From: Rhynchopus sp. YZ270_cl-10
Taxonomy: Eukaryota
DNA length: 64,000 nt
Reading direction: 5' to 3'
Assembly (NCBI GenBank): GCA_964035575.1
Contig: OZ037834.1
Coordinates: forward strand, 1,674,001-1,738,000
In this document: positions 33,793 through 47,100 of the stretch, one piece after another
Position numbering within the stretch: position 1 is the stretch's first letter
Layout: each line of letters begins with the position of its first letter
Notes under the pieces: generated by a model
Seen by the model: the letters and a program-made list of their open reading frames with translations, nothing else
Told to the model about the DNA's origin: nothing
The model's database searches: none
Translations under genes and position numbers: made by a program

Positions 33793-36246
33793 ATGGCTTA
33801 CACAGAAATAATGCTTTTGATGCTGTGTGTCGTGCGATGTGCGACTGGGGAGTGTTATAGCCCGGACATTATTTTTTCATTTTCCTCGTCAGGCGTGCAT
33901 GCTGCTGTGTCAAATTCGGGGCACGACGTTGCCGTGTGCGCGACAAAACCGCTGGCAGGTATTGGTGTGTCGGAGACGGGCGGTCTTGATGGATCTTTTG
34001 GGACAAACTTCGCTGCAGTGCTCCCTTCATCACGCTTTGGGAGTGGTGCTGTCCCTCTGGTCCTCTCCTCCCCCGACCCATGCGTTGGCATAGCCGCTAG
34101 TATCATGCAACGAGTCGTCGTCCTCCGAGACACAGGGTTCCACCCCACCGTCCACGTCTACCACCTCACCGGACAGTCCATCACCTGGGGTTCCATTCCC
34201 GAAATAAATTCTGCAGATCTCCCTGGGGTGGAGGTGCACTTTACTAAGTCAGGAGGGGATGTCTTCCATGTATGGACAAAGGGGGCGAATTCTTTGATAG
34301 TCTTTTATAAGGCAGAGGATATGACGAAGGTAGGGCATTTAGATGGGAAGGGTGTGAAGGGTGTGCAGTACTCTTCAGGCGCTGTGTATATTCTGTATTC
34401 CAGCTTCTATGAGAAGCGGCTTGTCAGTCTATCCATGGAAGGACCACCGGTGTACCGTGTAGATACTCCAGAAGCAACGAACACCGTACTGACGTATGCG
34501 GGGAGGGGGGACTACATCGTGGTGGCAGCAACTACATACTCAATGTACAACGAAGGTGTTCTCAAGTCTAGCACGCCCACGCCGTTAAGGGGACAGTACG
34601 TTTCTGGGGGGATTATGGGGATAGATGGTGTGTGTCCGTACCTCAAGGAGGATGGGTCTGTGGTATTGACGTCTGTTGACGATACAGGCTTGGTTGCAGA
34701 TATATGTGGTCACCAGGCAGCCTCAGTGTCCTTCGGGGGGATGTCCCGGAATATGGTGTTCGTCGCGAAGGGGAGAGAGGAGTTCTGGTTGATGGTGGTG
34801 CCCAGTACTCTGACCCCAAAGGTGTTTCTCACAACGCTTGCGCCTCCCACAAAATCGCCGACAGCCGCACCCACTTCTATGCCAACCGTTGTACCAAAGG
34901 GTTGTACGGCACCACACCCTGTTCATGCTTCAATCAATGCCTCCCGGTCAACTGCAATGTCCCATGACGCTATTGCGGCATGTGAAGGAGGGAAAGGAGA
35001 GTCAGTTCTGGTGTGGTACCCACGCAGTCCACAGGGCAGTCCGACAGAGGATGTAACCTCGTATGACAGCCTGGGTTCTTGCTCGCTGGTTGGCTTTGCA
35101 CCAGATGGCAGTCTCGCGGTGGTGTTTGAGGTGGAAAGGAGGGTCTACACTTTGGCGGTGGGGTCATCCGCATCGTCTTTGGTGGAGGTGGCTGAGGTGC
35201 CGTGTAGTGTGTATGTTGTTGGGGTGCACACGGATGGACGCTTTGTGATAGTGTCGTGCAGCGATAAGATGGTTGTGTTCGATGCGAACTACTCCTATAA
35301 AACTGTTCTCGAGGAGACTATGTTTCCACAAAAGTGGCATTTTTCGACATCTCTTTCCTCTGATTCAAAACTATTCGGTATAGCCAATGAAACAGACGTC
35401 TACATCTGGCAGCTCTACACTCGAGAAAGCGGTCCCTTAAAACCGGTTTTATCAGCGGTCATCAAAGGGTATAATACCCCGATTTTCGCTTTCTCTTCAA
35501 CCGACCCCGATGAGATTGCCGTCGCCACCTCCACCGGCATTGAAATCCTTTACGTTGCATCCCTCCGCGCAAAGTTCTTCATCGACTGCAGCAGACCAAG
35601 CTATTTAGAATACCTTCCGAGAGGGGGGTTTCTTGTTGCAGTGGATTTTGATGCGACGAAGTTGACCTTTTGGAATACCTTCTTTGTAGCGTCGCATACC
35701 ATAGACTTCTGTGTCCCGTATGTATCCACAGAGAGCCAGATTGTACGTGTGTTTAGTGGAGAAGGTGACACTCTGATTGTATCTGGTGACGACGGCTGGA
35801 CAGCGCTTAATCTTAGCTATCTCTACCCCATCCCTTTGATGCGGATTAAAACGGAGGAAATCAAGCAAAGCATTGCACCCACAACACCTCTTCCACCCAC
35901 CCAACCCCCGGTTACAGAGCTGCCAAGTCTGGCCCCAGTAGAGAGTACTAATACACCAAAGGTGGATGTGGTTGTGACCGCTGTTCCGGTTGTTCCGAAC
36001 GTATATTCTCATGCGCCAGTGGTGGATCGGGTGGATGGCAGTGAGAGTGGTGGTGATGGTGGTGGTGTCGACACAGTGTACGTCTTCATCATCGTCGGGG
36101 TGCTTCTTTGCCTTGCCGGGGCCTCGCTCCCTTTTGCCATCATATTCTGTAGAAGAAGCCACGAAAATGACCCCCTTTCATCGCATCTCAGCGAAGAGCT
36201 CAAAGAACGACCCATAGAGGAAGAGGACTTTTGCGTAATTGAATGA
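33793..36246 (+). CDS. Type-I membrane protein: signal peptide, two beta-rich (possibly propeller) domains, Pro/Thr stalks, one TM helix, short acidic tail
   Basis: The ATG lies 12 nt after CCTCCCTCAG. Signal-like MAYTEIMLLMLCVVRCATG, linkers TKSPTAAPTSMPT and PTTPLPPTQPP, TM segment VYVFIIVGVLLCLAGASLPFAIIFC-RR. Confidence 0.8.
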   Translation: MAYTEIMLLMLCVVRCATGECYSPDIIFSFSSSGVHAAVSNSGHDVAVCATKPLAGIGVSETGGLDGSFGTNFAAVLPSSRFGSGAVPLVLSSPDPCVGIAASIMQRVVVLRDTGFHPTVHVYHLTGQSITWGSIPEINSADLPGVEVHFTKSGGDVFHVWTKGANSLIVFYKAEDMTKVGHLDGKGVKGVQYSSGAVYILYSSFYEKRLVSLSMEGPPVYRVDTPEATNTVLTYAGRGDYIVVAATTYSMYNEGVLKSSTPTPLRGQYVSGGIMGIDGVCPYLKEDGSVVLTSVDDTGLVADICGHQAASVSFGGMSRNMVFVAKGREEFWLMVVPSTLTPKVFLTTLAPPTKSPTAAPTSMPTVVPKGCTAPHPVHASINASRSTAMSHDAIAACEGGKGESVLVWYPRSPQGSPTEDVTSYDSLGSCSLVGFAPDGSLAVVFEVERRVYTLAVGSSASSLVEVAEVPCSVYVVGVHTDGRFVIVSCSDKMVVFDANYSYKTVLEETMFPQKWHFSTSLSSDSKLFGIANETDVYIWQLYTRESGPLKPVLSAVIKGYNTPIFAFSSTDPDEIAVATSTGIEILYVASLRAKFFIDCSRPSYLEYLPRGGFLVAVDFDATKLTFWNTFFVASHTIDFCVPYVSTESQIVRVFSGEGDTLIVSGDDGWTALNLSYLYPIPLMRIKTEEIKQSIAPTTPLPPTQPPVTELPSLAPVESTNTPKVDVVVTAVPVVPNVYSHAPVVDRVDGSESGGDGGGVDTVYVFIIVGVLLCLAGASLPFAIIFCRRSHENDPLSSHLSEELKERPIEEEDFCVIE

Positions 36247-37257
36247 TGTTTCTTTAGGGGGGGTGATGACAATTGTGTTGTCCCGTTTTGGGGTGGGGTG
36301 GGGAAGGGGGGGAGAATGTAGAGTAGGTGTGGTGTTCCGCCGAAAAAGGGTGAATTTTCGTGTAGGATTTCTTCAAGCTTTCGGTACCTTTTTTTTTTTT
36401 TATTTGATGTTGTGAAGCTGATGGGTCAAGTTCGGTGGCATTGGTATTTTATTTTATTTTATTTTTGACATGATGTGTGGTTCTTGTTTCATTTTTTCTC
36501 AGTCTTTTCAAGGTAACCCAACATAGGCTTGGAGTCATCGTGCCTGCCTTTTTTTCGTTCCTTTTTTTGTTCTTTTTTTTTTATCAGCTCCTTCACAGTA
36601 TAGTATTTCATTTGTGAACGATAGGATGTGTCTTTGTGCGAATTTCTACGCTCCCCCCAGAAGGTAGTTTCGCTTTATTCCTCTCTCAAGAGAACTGTAG
36701 AGCGTGCAGGACTCAAATATGTATCAGGTGTGTGAGCACGTTCCATCTTACAATTTTTTTAGGTACATTGTCACGAGAGGGCTTTGTATTTCAAGTCAAA
36801 CTATTTTTTTTTTTTCGTGTGGGTCAGTCGGAGGTGCCTGCATCAACACCAACAGTTTTCCCTTTCTTTTTGCATCAACGTGTGCAGGGAAGCCCTCTTC
36901 AATCCCGGACCCACCCTATTGATTTGGCACTGCAAAACGAACACAATGTCCCCCCCTTTTTTGTTGAGATTATTTGCGGGTTTGCCAACCTTTCTCGTCT
37001 GTTGGCTTAGGGTAGCTACCTCAGACAGTCTTTCGATAGTTGCAAAACAGCAGCTCCCTGACACACTTTCTGGCTGCTTCTCATAAACTACCCGCTGTTT
37101 TCAAACACAAGCAGCACTCATCACTTACCCACGTGGCCATCCTCTTTCTTCTCCGCCTTCTGGTGGTAGGTAGAAGGGGGTGGGTCACGACAAGCTTAAC
37201 AGCACTCACCACTTACCCTTCACAGCACAGTACACTCTATGAGGCGTGGGAGATAAT

Positions 37258-40200
37258 ATGGATCGAGCAGGCGGTGGGTTCCGCAAGAGCACCGATAGCA
37301 GCAGACGCTTCGGGACACGCAGTGTGTCGAACACACCGTCTGCGTCTGCGAAGAAGCGTGGGAGCACGCCCACGCCTGCACCGCTAAGCCTGCGGGGGCG
37401 CAGTGCTTCTCCTGTTAGCGCGGCTGCTGCTTCCCGACGCGAGCAACATCAACAACAACAACAACAACAACAGTCCACACGCGCAGCATCGCAACAACAG
37501 GTCCAGCAACATGCTTTGGATCAGATCCCGACGTTGAACCGCTCTGCACCAGCTCCACCACCACCACCACCAGCACCAAAGGCGGACCCCCCCGCTCCCT
37601 CCGCTGTCGCTGTCTCTGCCTCCCCAGAAGCCCCACCATTACCTACCATGCAGGAGGTGGTGTTGGCGCAGTCCGATGAAATGCAGTCGCTCCTGGGGCA
37701 GGTGCTTCCTGGAGGTGAGCGTGCGCTCCGGCAGGAGGGGGATCCGTTCAAGTTCACAGGGACGTTACAGAATATGTACCAGCTACGTCGCCAGATCGAT
37801 GACCTGCAAGAGAGTCATAAGCGTGAGGAGGTGGCGTTGATACACAGTATGAAGCATATGATAGAGACCAATCAAGTGGAGAAGGGGCAGTTGACAGACC
37901 TCGTGGAGAACACAGAGACCAGACTGAGGAAGGAGCAAGAGGAGAAAGTGCAGGCAGTGTCGCTGTACCACCAGTTCAAGGACCAGGGGGATGGGATTAT
38001 TCAGCGATTGTATGGCATTTTTTTTGAGAATCTGTTGTCATTTTAGTGTTCAAGGGTCAAGAGGAAATGTTTACACGCTCACAAAGAGATCCCACAAATC
38101 CGTGTCGTCGTACGGAGCTTGTTTCGTCAGAAGCTCCAGCAATTCCGGGCGTCTCTGGTTTTGTTTTCTTCAAGTGTGCTGTGCCTTTTTTCTCATGTCC
38201 GGGTGAGAACGAAGTCCTCAGCAATTGGGGCAAGCACTCCTTCTTCTACTTTTCCACGAGTAGTTCGGGCATAAGGGCTGTCGCAGCCCTCAACCAACTA
38301 TCGTCATGAGCTCTTATTTTGTTTGTTATCTGCAGTCTCAAAGTTCGAAACGCGTTCTTGGCATTTTTTAAAGAGGTGGGTGAACGCTGGTATGGCATGC
38401 CAGATCGCGCGGCTGATGTTGCATTTGTATTGAGTATCGCCTCCGGAAGTTGCTTGAAATATCCTAAAAATTCTTCAGCATTGTGGGGTTTTTTGGCCTC
38501 AGAGGTTTCCTCTTCACGGCCAGGTAGTGGGAGCGTATTGCATAAAAATATCAACACGGAATATTTATTTCACACTTTACGCACAAACAAACGCACACCT
38601 CTCTGAATGTTCCAGACGAGCATCACATCCAATAACTGCAGGTACAGCAGTTGACCCTTTTTTTTGGGGGGGTTTTTTTTGCTCAAAAAATAGCACAAAA
38701 AATAAGCCTACACGACGGTGGGTTCAACGAAATGCTTCACAATACAATCCTACAGATCCACTTCCTTGACTGACCTTCAGCGGAAGTACGCCGAAGATGG
38801 GAACCGATGTGTCTTTCTCCAAAAGGAGGTCATCCGTCTCCAGCAGGAGCTCCGCACCGAACACCAGAACAGGGCTGGACTCGAAAACCAGGTATCGTTT
38901 CCACACCACCCTCACTACACCTTTCTCTGTGCACTGAGACATACTCATCATTCAAAACGTTTCTCTTTGTGACGACTAAACAACGAGAGGCTTAGCTTTC
39001 ACATACTCCCACCCTTCCCCTTTTTTTGTTCATTTACGAACTAATCATCTCACCTTTCTTTATTTCCCCTCTCCACCCCAACCACCTCCCTTTGTTTTAA
39101 AAAGAAATTCATTTCATAATTATGTTTTTTTTTGTATCCTCTAAAAACCCCTTTTCAGATCACCCAATACCAAATGCGGATGTCCACTGTCCCCGGCATG
39201 GCACACCCTTCTTTGGGTGCCCCACCACAACCACCGCCCCCTTCTTCTTCTGCACCCCTTCCTGTACATGCGATGCAGCTGCAGGACTTGATCCGCGAGA
39301 AGGACGCGACGATTGTGATGCTGGAGCGGCAGATGTCCGCGAACAACAACAACAACAACACCTCCACCCTCTCTGCCCTCAATACAACCCCTGCTGCGTC
39401 TGTGGCCGAATCGTCTGCACCACAGGACCTACACCTTCTCCGTGAGGAAGTGGACCACTGGAAGCGACGATGTGAGGTTCTACAACGCAACACGAATACC
39501 TCTTCATCACCCGACACCACCGCCAACGAGGTCCTCCTCCGCAACGACGTCGAGACCTGGAAATCCCGCTGTGAACAAACCGAGAAGGTTCTCTCCGCTA
39601 AAATGGAGGACTACAAAAACCTTATTGTGCAGCAAGACGCACGGCTCCAAACCCTGCAAAGCAGCTCTGTCGAAAAGGATTTGAAGATCAAAGGGTTGGA
39701 GGAGAAGGTGAGTTTTATTGATGTCGCGGGGCAGAATTTTTCGGGGACGGATTATGATTCTTCGAGGGTTATTGTGAGCAATCTTTTGACGGATAGCACG
39801 CCGACAGACCCGAGGCATGCAGCGTTGATGGAGAATGCGGTTGTTAAGATGTTGGTTGAACAGCTTAAAACAGAGAAACGGCATCGACTCGAAACTGAAG
39901 AGCAAAGCGACCGAATGCTGATGGAAACAAGCAAGCAGATCTCCTCCCTCGAGGACCGCCTCAAAGCCACCGACAGACGCGACCGTGACCGCGACCACCC
40001 CCGCGCAAACCGGACCCCCCGCGGCTACAGCTTCCTCCCCTCCGCCATCTCCCACCCATCGCTTCCTGTATCGCGCTCAACCTCTCCGGATCCTGAAACC
40101 CCTGAAACAGCGTCATCACCCCCACCTCCACCACCACCACCCCAAACACACCGACCGACTACCCCCGCGCCAACTCAGCCTCGACCAACTGCCTGGGAAA

Positions 40201-40895
40201 TTCCGACCCAGCCTACACCCCGTATCCCAAAAGAGGACGATGAAGAAGAGGAAGAAGGGGGCATCCGGGATACCTTATTGAGATGGCAAAGGGTGCGGCA
40301 GAGAAGCCCGCCTGGGGTGCATCAGATGGGGGTGGTCTCTGGGGCCGCTTCCGCTTCTGTTGCTTCTGCTTCTGCTTCAGCACGCCAGGTGCGTGCTGTG
40401 AGGGAGCAAGGCAGGGAGGTGTCTGCGTCGCCGTCAAGCCATTATACGCCGTCTGCTCCGACAGCTTCACCTACACTGTCGCATGCGTCGTTGCCGCATC
40501 AGATGGGGGTGCAGGTGCATGCAAACTTAGGGAGGGAAAAGAAGCGTCCAGAAGAAGATCTGCAAGAGGCAGAAGAAGAGTCGAGTATTCTGAAACGTCT
40601 CAAACGGCATTTGGACGAACCGCTTCCGGGGGTGGGGGTGGGGGTGGTGCAGCAGCGTGAGGTGAGGGCGCCGGTTGCACTTCCAGTACCGGCTGCGGCA
40701 GTGGCGGTTGGGGTAGGTGGGGAGGGGAAGGCGGTTAGTGGGGGTGGAGGAGGAGGAGGTGGAGGAGGTGGAAGCAAGTCCCACTCCCCCCCTTCCTCCC
40801 CAACGAAGGCCTGCAGCGACTCGCTCTGCGAGCTGGAGCGGCTGCTTGAGGAGCTGTCCGTCGATGTGATGCGGTCCCCTGAGAGGCAGAAATGA
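37258..40895 (+). CDS. Low-complexity coiled-coil protein; exons 37258-38009, 38756-38891, 39159-40895 (874 aa)
   Basis: Three coding-like blocks join in frame via TT|gtatgg..tacag|A and CAG|gtatcg..ttcag|ATC. Heptad-like E/Q/K/L segments and poly-P/Q/G tracts. Confidence 0.78.
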
Positions 40896-41104
40896 AAAAT
40901 CACCCTCCCATTTTTGTAAAACGTAGAACTAGAATTTTTTTCGAGCAGTTTTTCAATTATATTTTGCCATTTTTAGAGTCATATTACCAAAACGACACCA
41001 CCCACACACACCCTTTAGTTTCCTTCCTGCCTCTCTCTCTCTCTCTCCCCAACTCTTTCTTCAGAATCCTCCATCATACACGTAATCTCTGGGACTGCTT
41101 CACA

Positions 41105-44100
41105 ATGGAAGCAGAATCAGAGTCCGTTCGCTTCGGCGAGATCCTTGGGAAAAGCGACCTTCTCGGGTCGCCTCTCGCACTGTTCATGACGCTTGACACA
41201 CTTGGCATGCTTTGGCCTAGCTTGGCTTCCCTCTTTGCCCTGGTGGTGTCTGTGATCCAGCCAATCGCCTTTGTTGTGAACACCCGATGGGGCTGGGGAT
41301 GGTTTATGTCAAAGCTGTCGGAGGGTGTGTATGTCTCGCTTATCCCCTTCTGGGATCCGGTATATGTTCATTCGTGGCAGACAGTGGGTGCGGTGACGTC
41401 GTTCTGGTTGGTCACTCTTCTGATCGTTTGTGAGGCAGCGATGTTGGGGACGGTGTTCAATGGAGGTGCGGATCATACACCGAGGAAGCTGCTGGTGGTG
41501 TTGCGGATGATGGTGCATTCGACGGCGACGGTGCTGTTCACACCGATTGTGTGTTTTTTGTTGACAAGTCTTGTGTGTGATAAGGCGGGGGAGAAGCTCT
41601 GGCTTGTCCCCGACGAAGAGTGTGGCTCGCCCGTCCACATCGTGCAGTCCGTGTTGGGCATCACCACACTCGCTCTCGTGACGCTCATCGCCCTGACGGT
41701 GCGCTGCCTGCTCTACTTCCAGTCGCCCCTCTCCCTCCAGAGGTGGAGCCGTGCGCACCCCTACTGCGACGCCGTCGGGATGGTGTACGACCTCGCAACC
41801 CCGGTGCTCTACTTCTGTCTCCTCTCGCAAAGCTACGAACGCCTCTTCGCAACACTGCACTGCATCAACTCGCTAGCAATGGGTGTAATGTACGCCTTTG
41901 TGCAGCCATACTACTCGCAGGATGTGAACCTGATCCGTGCGATGGGCTACTTCACTGCGTCTGGGCTGTCTGCGTTTGTCATCGAACACCAATGGGAGTT
42001 GGTGGCGCGCGGCTACGACACGCCTGTCGTGGTCGGTATCTGTGTGCTGTCGTGGCTGCTGGCGGTCTTCTGTGTTCGGCGTGCGCGGGTGCCGCCGGTG
42101 TACTCTCATGTGATGTCGCTGGTGTACGAAGGGGAGAACCCCACGGGGCACACACCGCTGGAAAGGTTTCCTCTTGGCCTCCCCAGGAAGGACCTGCAAT
42201 TTACCCGCAGCCCTGCCCAGGTGGAGGCGCTGCTCCAGCCAGAGCGCAGCATCGCGAACGATACACCTTCGCATCTGGCCCGCGGGGCACTGTTCTTCAA
42301 CGTGTCGTACCTGCACAAGATCTACCTGCCCACCGACATCGAGGTTGCCTGCAGGTTCCTCAGGGACTATACCCTCAGGGTCGGGTCCATGCCCGCACGG
42401 CAAGACATCGGGTACTACCTGCGCATCATCACAAAGGGCCTCTGCAAGTTCCCCCGCTCTGGCGTCGTGAGGTTCCAGTACATCACCTTCCTCCACTACT
42501 ACTGCAGACACCATATGCTCGCCCTGGAGGAGCTGAGCGATTTTCTTACGTGCCCTCAGCTGGATTTGAGTTTGCTGTACTCTGCGTTCAAGCTGGGTGG
42601 ACGGCTGAAGGCGATTCTTAACATTAAGGAGACGGTGCTGCATAAGACGTTGCTGAAGGCACAGCGCATCCATATTCAGGTGTTGGGGTATATGACGATG
42701 TTTTGGATGAAGCTTATGGCCGAGAGCTTTGACAAGGAGGACCTGGCGGTGCTGGTGGACACTATCTCGGAGAAGCGTGATGAGGGGCTTGCTGCCTTTG
42801 AGATTTCGCTGAGGTCGGGCTTCACCGCGAGCATGGGGATGCGGTATGCACGCTTCCTGGAGCAGGTCATGCTCGACGAATCTGGTGCAGCCAACATCCG
42901 TGCCGCTCTCAAAGACATCCAAGGAGATACCAAACAAGACACCTCCAAAGCCTCGGAACGCGTCATGACACAGCTCGATACAGTAAAGGCCTCCGTCAAA
43001 CGCTCCTCGCGTACGACCTCGACACTTGACATCAAGATGAACATCGTCTTCATACTGTTCTTCTTCATAGTTGTGGGCTTCGGTGTGGTAGAGGTCGTTA
43101 CGTCGGCGGAAAAGCGTAATTTTATTCATAAAATTCATGTTGCAGGAAAGGCACGGAGTTTGTCCGAGTTTGCGTCGTTTGTGAGTCTCGTTTTGGTCAA
43201 GACGGCGGCGAAGGAGAAGATGCGGGACTCGAACTGCCATCGTGCGGTGTGCTCAGCGACGGGGCTGCTTGTCACGGACTATGACTGCTCGGTGTCGCAG
43301 ATCTTCCCCGAAACGATCAAGCTCCGCGACCGTTTGAAGCAGACTGCCTCTGAGTTCCGCACTGAGTTCAACAAGCTCTCCAGTGGTGTCTACAGCAGCT
43401 CGCAGGCTGACTCCGTGCACTACATGAAAGACAAGATACAACAAGTGGAGAGCTTCGAAGGCGCACCAGAAGGCGAGGTGAAGTGGCTCAGCATGTGGGA
43501 CGTCTGCACCACCCTCATGACATCTCTTGAGGCTCTCTTGGAAATTGAGGTATGTAAAGGATGTCAACAGGGATGCTATTTAAGGGCTCAGACCAGTTTG
43601 CCTCATGTCTACCCATCTCGCACTCTTTGTGGTTGAAGTGCGCCGTTCTGTGCCCAGCCTTTGTGATATTTGAGTACAGAACCCTCTTGGCGAGGGCCAT
43701 GGTCAATACAACAAAAAGCTTCAACCCACATTGAGGCGCATATTCTGCGCAAGAAGCACCCCCCCCATATTGGTTATCAAACACACACACACACAACAGC
43801 CACCCTGCTTGGAGTACGGCATCTCGCAGTCGTTTATCTTCACAAATGCAGAGAGGTCGGTATGCGTTATTCCCCTCTCTCTCTCTCTTTTACCTTCATT
43901 TTAGCCATAGATGATACACCCTAGCAATGCTTAAACATAAATAATGCTACACTCAAGAACTCAAAAAAAAAAAACCCCCCCACCATGCCACAGTTTGCCC
44001 CTATGATCAACGCAACGATGGAGATCTATGAAGACGAGTTCACAAGCCTTTTGTACATCTCCGTCTCACTGCACACTGGGCTGTTCATCATTGCGCTGTG

Positions 44101-47100
44101 CCTTCTGTACTGCGCCTGCATGATGCTTGACTTCTCCTTCCTTGAGATGGAGAACACCAAGATGGAGACGCTCAACCTCTTCGCCTTGATCCCCAAGAGC
44201 ACCGTACACTCCATCTACCTTGAGGCCAAGGATCGGCAGGGGCAAGACGAATCTAACGCCCCTAAGACTGAAGACACCGATGCGTCCAGCTCTGAACCAT
44301 CTCAAGGATCTGAATGTGAAGGCGACAAGAAGAGTGTGTCTGGGGCCTTCAAGATGTTTCTTCGCGATACCTCTAAGAGTGAGGGCAAGGTGATCAAGCA
44401 CAATCTTGCTGAACAAAACCAGGACCCAAACAGTGGTGCGACTACCGAAGAGGTCGAGGAGTTGTCTGCCATTGAGGGGGGGCAGGATGAGAAGACGCCG
44501 CTTGTGTACGTACCGGACGAGAGCAGACCACAGCGCCTGCGTGCGATGCTCATGGGGTCGTCGCTGTTGGTCTCCTTTTGTCTCCTGGGAATGCTTATCT
44601 TCGGGTTGATGCTCGCCACCACATGGATCGAGGCCGTGGAGAAGATTCAGTCAGTGCAGGGCATGCAGCATTCTCTTGCCAGTCTGACCTTCGACGGTAT
44701 CGTGTATGCACAGAAGTATCAGGATACCTGCAAAACGGAGTACTTCGGAAGCTACGGAAAGGTGCTGTACACCCTGGAGGATAGCGACCCGCTGGGGGGT
44801 TTGCAGCGGGAGTACGGGCACGAGGTTGCGCATATGCAGGAATTGCATCAAATTATTATGAATGAGCAGAGTGAGCGGATGACGGCTGCGAGGTTGGCGT
44901 GCGCCAAGGGTGAGCAGCACGCGTCAGCTGTGTTACTTCGTTCACACGAGATCACACAGTTCGTGGAGGAGCTGCTTGCGCTTGACCGGCATGCTCCAAG
45001 CGACGAGATCCATACACTGTTGACAGTCATAATAGTGTTCAGCGTGTTGCTTGCTGTTTTGAGCACAGCCAAATCCTTTGCAGGCGACCCTTCTACCCCT
45101 ATTGTGCACACCTACGGACTGCGCCTGGTGTCCCTCCTCTGCTTAGGTGTTCTCGTGATGTGCATCGGTGCGCGGCAGGACCACGAAAACCTTGATGACG
45201 CCTTCCTCAGCAACGATATGCGTATCAGCCTCGAGCAGACGCGCTTCCACTTCATCGTTCTCTTCGATTCCCTGCACAACTGGCTGATCGTGGGTGAGAC
45301 CTCATGGCTGGCGAAGTACTTCAGCATCATCGGCGAGAAGGTGTCCCTCCTCGCACCCCTCGACCACACCTACCAAGGCCTGTCAGAGAACTTCGGGAAG
45401 AAGCTTGAGTTCAACTCTGTCTACGAATCACTCGCCATGGTTGAATACCTCAACGACATTGTCATCGTGTTGAACCTCAACCTGACGCGAGAACTCTACC
45501 TTGAGTACGAGACACGTGACGATCTCGACATCCCGCACTTGTTCAAGGACTTTAGGTGGGACAGTGCGACAGACTACTCGCAGGGCTACCACCCGCCCTA
45601 TTCCAACTACAACACAGACATGAAGTTGAATGCAACAGAGCGCCTGGATCTGTCCTGGAAGATCCTCAAGTCGGGCTACTACCTGCACCAAAGGGACCGC
45701 CTCTGGGAGGACTTCGCAGCGCTCTCAGAGATTCTCAGTGGAGACACGACCCTGGAGGTTGCGGAGACAAAGTACGACTGGGGTAGCACGTTTATAGCAG
45801 CGATCCTGCTTCAGTCCGTTATATCGTTGATTCTACTTGTGGTCACAGTGAGCACAGTTGTGCGTGGGTTTAAGGAGGCGATTGTTGCTAATGGGTCCAA
45901 GGGGAATAAGAGCCCTGTCCTGATCTTTGGAAAACACATGTTCCGTGTGAAGGTGTCGCTCCTGTTGGTGGCGGTCTTTGTCGTATCAGTGTTTGTACTG
46001 CAGGTTGTGACTGTAATTGATTTGGCAACGCTTCCGGCACTGCTGAACAAGGCGTCTGTGCGGTCGTGGTACTCTGCGAAGTGTGCGCTGTCGGGGGAGC
46101 GCTTTTTGCATGTGGACCATGGCGACGACTTGCAGCATGAAGTCACGAAGCATGCGATCATAAAGAGCAGCGAGCTCCTGCGGAGGGGTGTGGACACGTT
46201 CTATTTCAGTGTGCCGGGGTCGACGGCGTCGACGATGTTCGACCCAAGCACGAAGACGGACCACCGTATGCAGTGTGCCTCACCCTACACCGCAGTCAGC
46301 GACTACGGCGACGTGGAGACACGCAAATACCTGCACCTGCTCTTCGCAGCGGAGAACAAGGCCTTCACCACAGAGAAGGAGGAGGCCCTCGCTGTGCGAA
46401 CCAACGTCGACAGCATCCTTGCCTCCCTAGCTGAGTCCACCCTGCAGCTCAAAGACAAACGCCTCAAGGATGTCGACAGCACAGAGTTTGTTGTCCTCGT
46501 CCTCCTCGTTGTCACAGTCCTGACACTCACAGTGGAGGCTATCTTCGTCTTCCGCCCCATGACCTCGAAGCTCCTGCAGCAGCAGGAGGGGACAAAGCTT
46601 ATGCTCAAGATGATTCCAGAAAAGGAGCGGCAGACGGTGGGTGCCATTGTGCAATACCTGGAGACCGGCCAGATCTCGAACAACAAGAAGCTCAGCGAGG
46701 TGAACCAGGTGGTGACGAAGATATCCACGGTGCCTACGATTGTGATTGACCCATATGGGAAGATCCTTCTCTTCAGCAGGGCGTCTGTCGAGGTGTTTGG
46801 CTATGAGGAGCGCGATGCGCTTAACAAGAACGTCAAGATGCTTATGACCGAGGAGCACGAGCCGTACCACGACATGTACCTGGCACGCTACAGGAAGACC
46901 GGCATCAAGCGTATCATTGGGTCGTCACGCAACTCGAAGGCGACGCGGAAGGATGGTAGTGTCTTTCCGATCAATGTTTCGGTGCATGAGTTCCGGCAGG
47001 GCAAGAAGTCTGTGTACATCGGTTTTGTGTCGGACATCTCTCTCGATATCGAGACCGAGCACGTCCACCAGCTCAGCAACGCTACCAGCCGTGCCAGCAC

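Noticed and set aside
38100..38557. Antisense coding-like stretch in intron 1 of the coiled-coil gene
   Set aside because: Only a vague resemblance to LINE ORF2 linker regions, with no RT or endonuclease motif.
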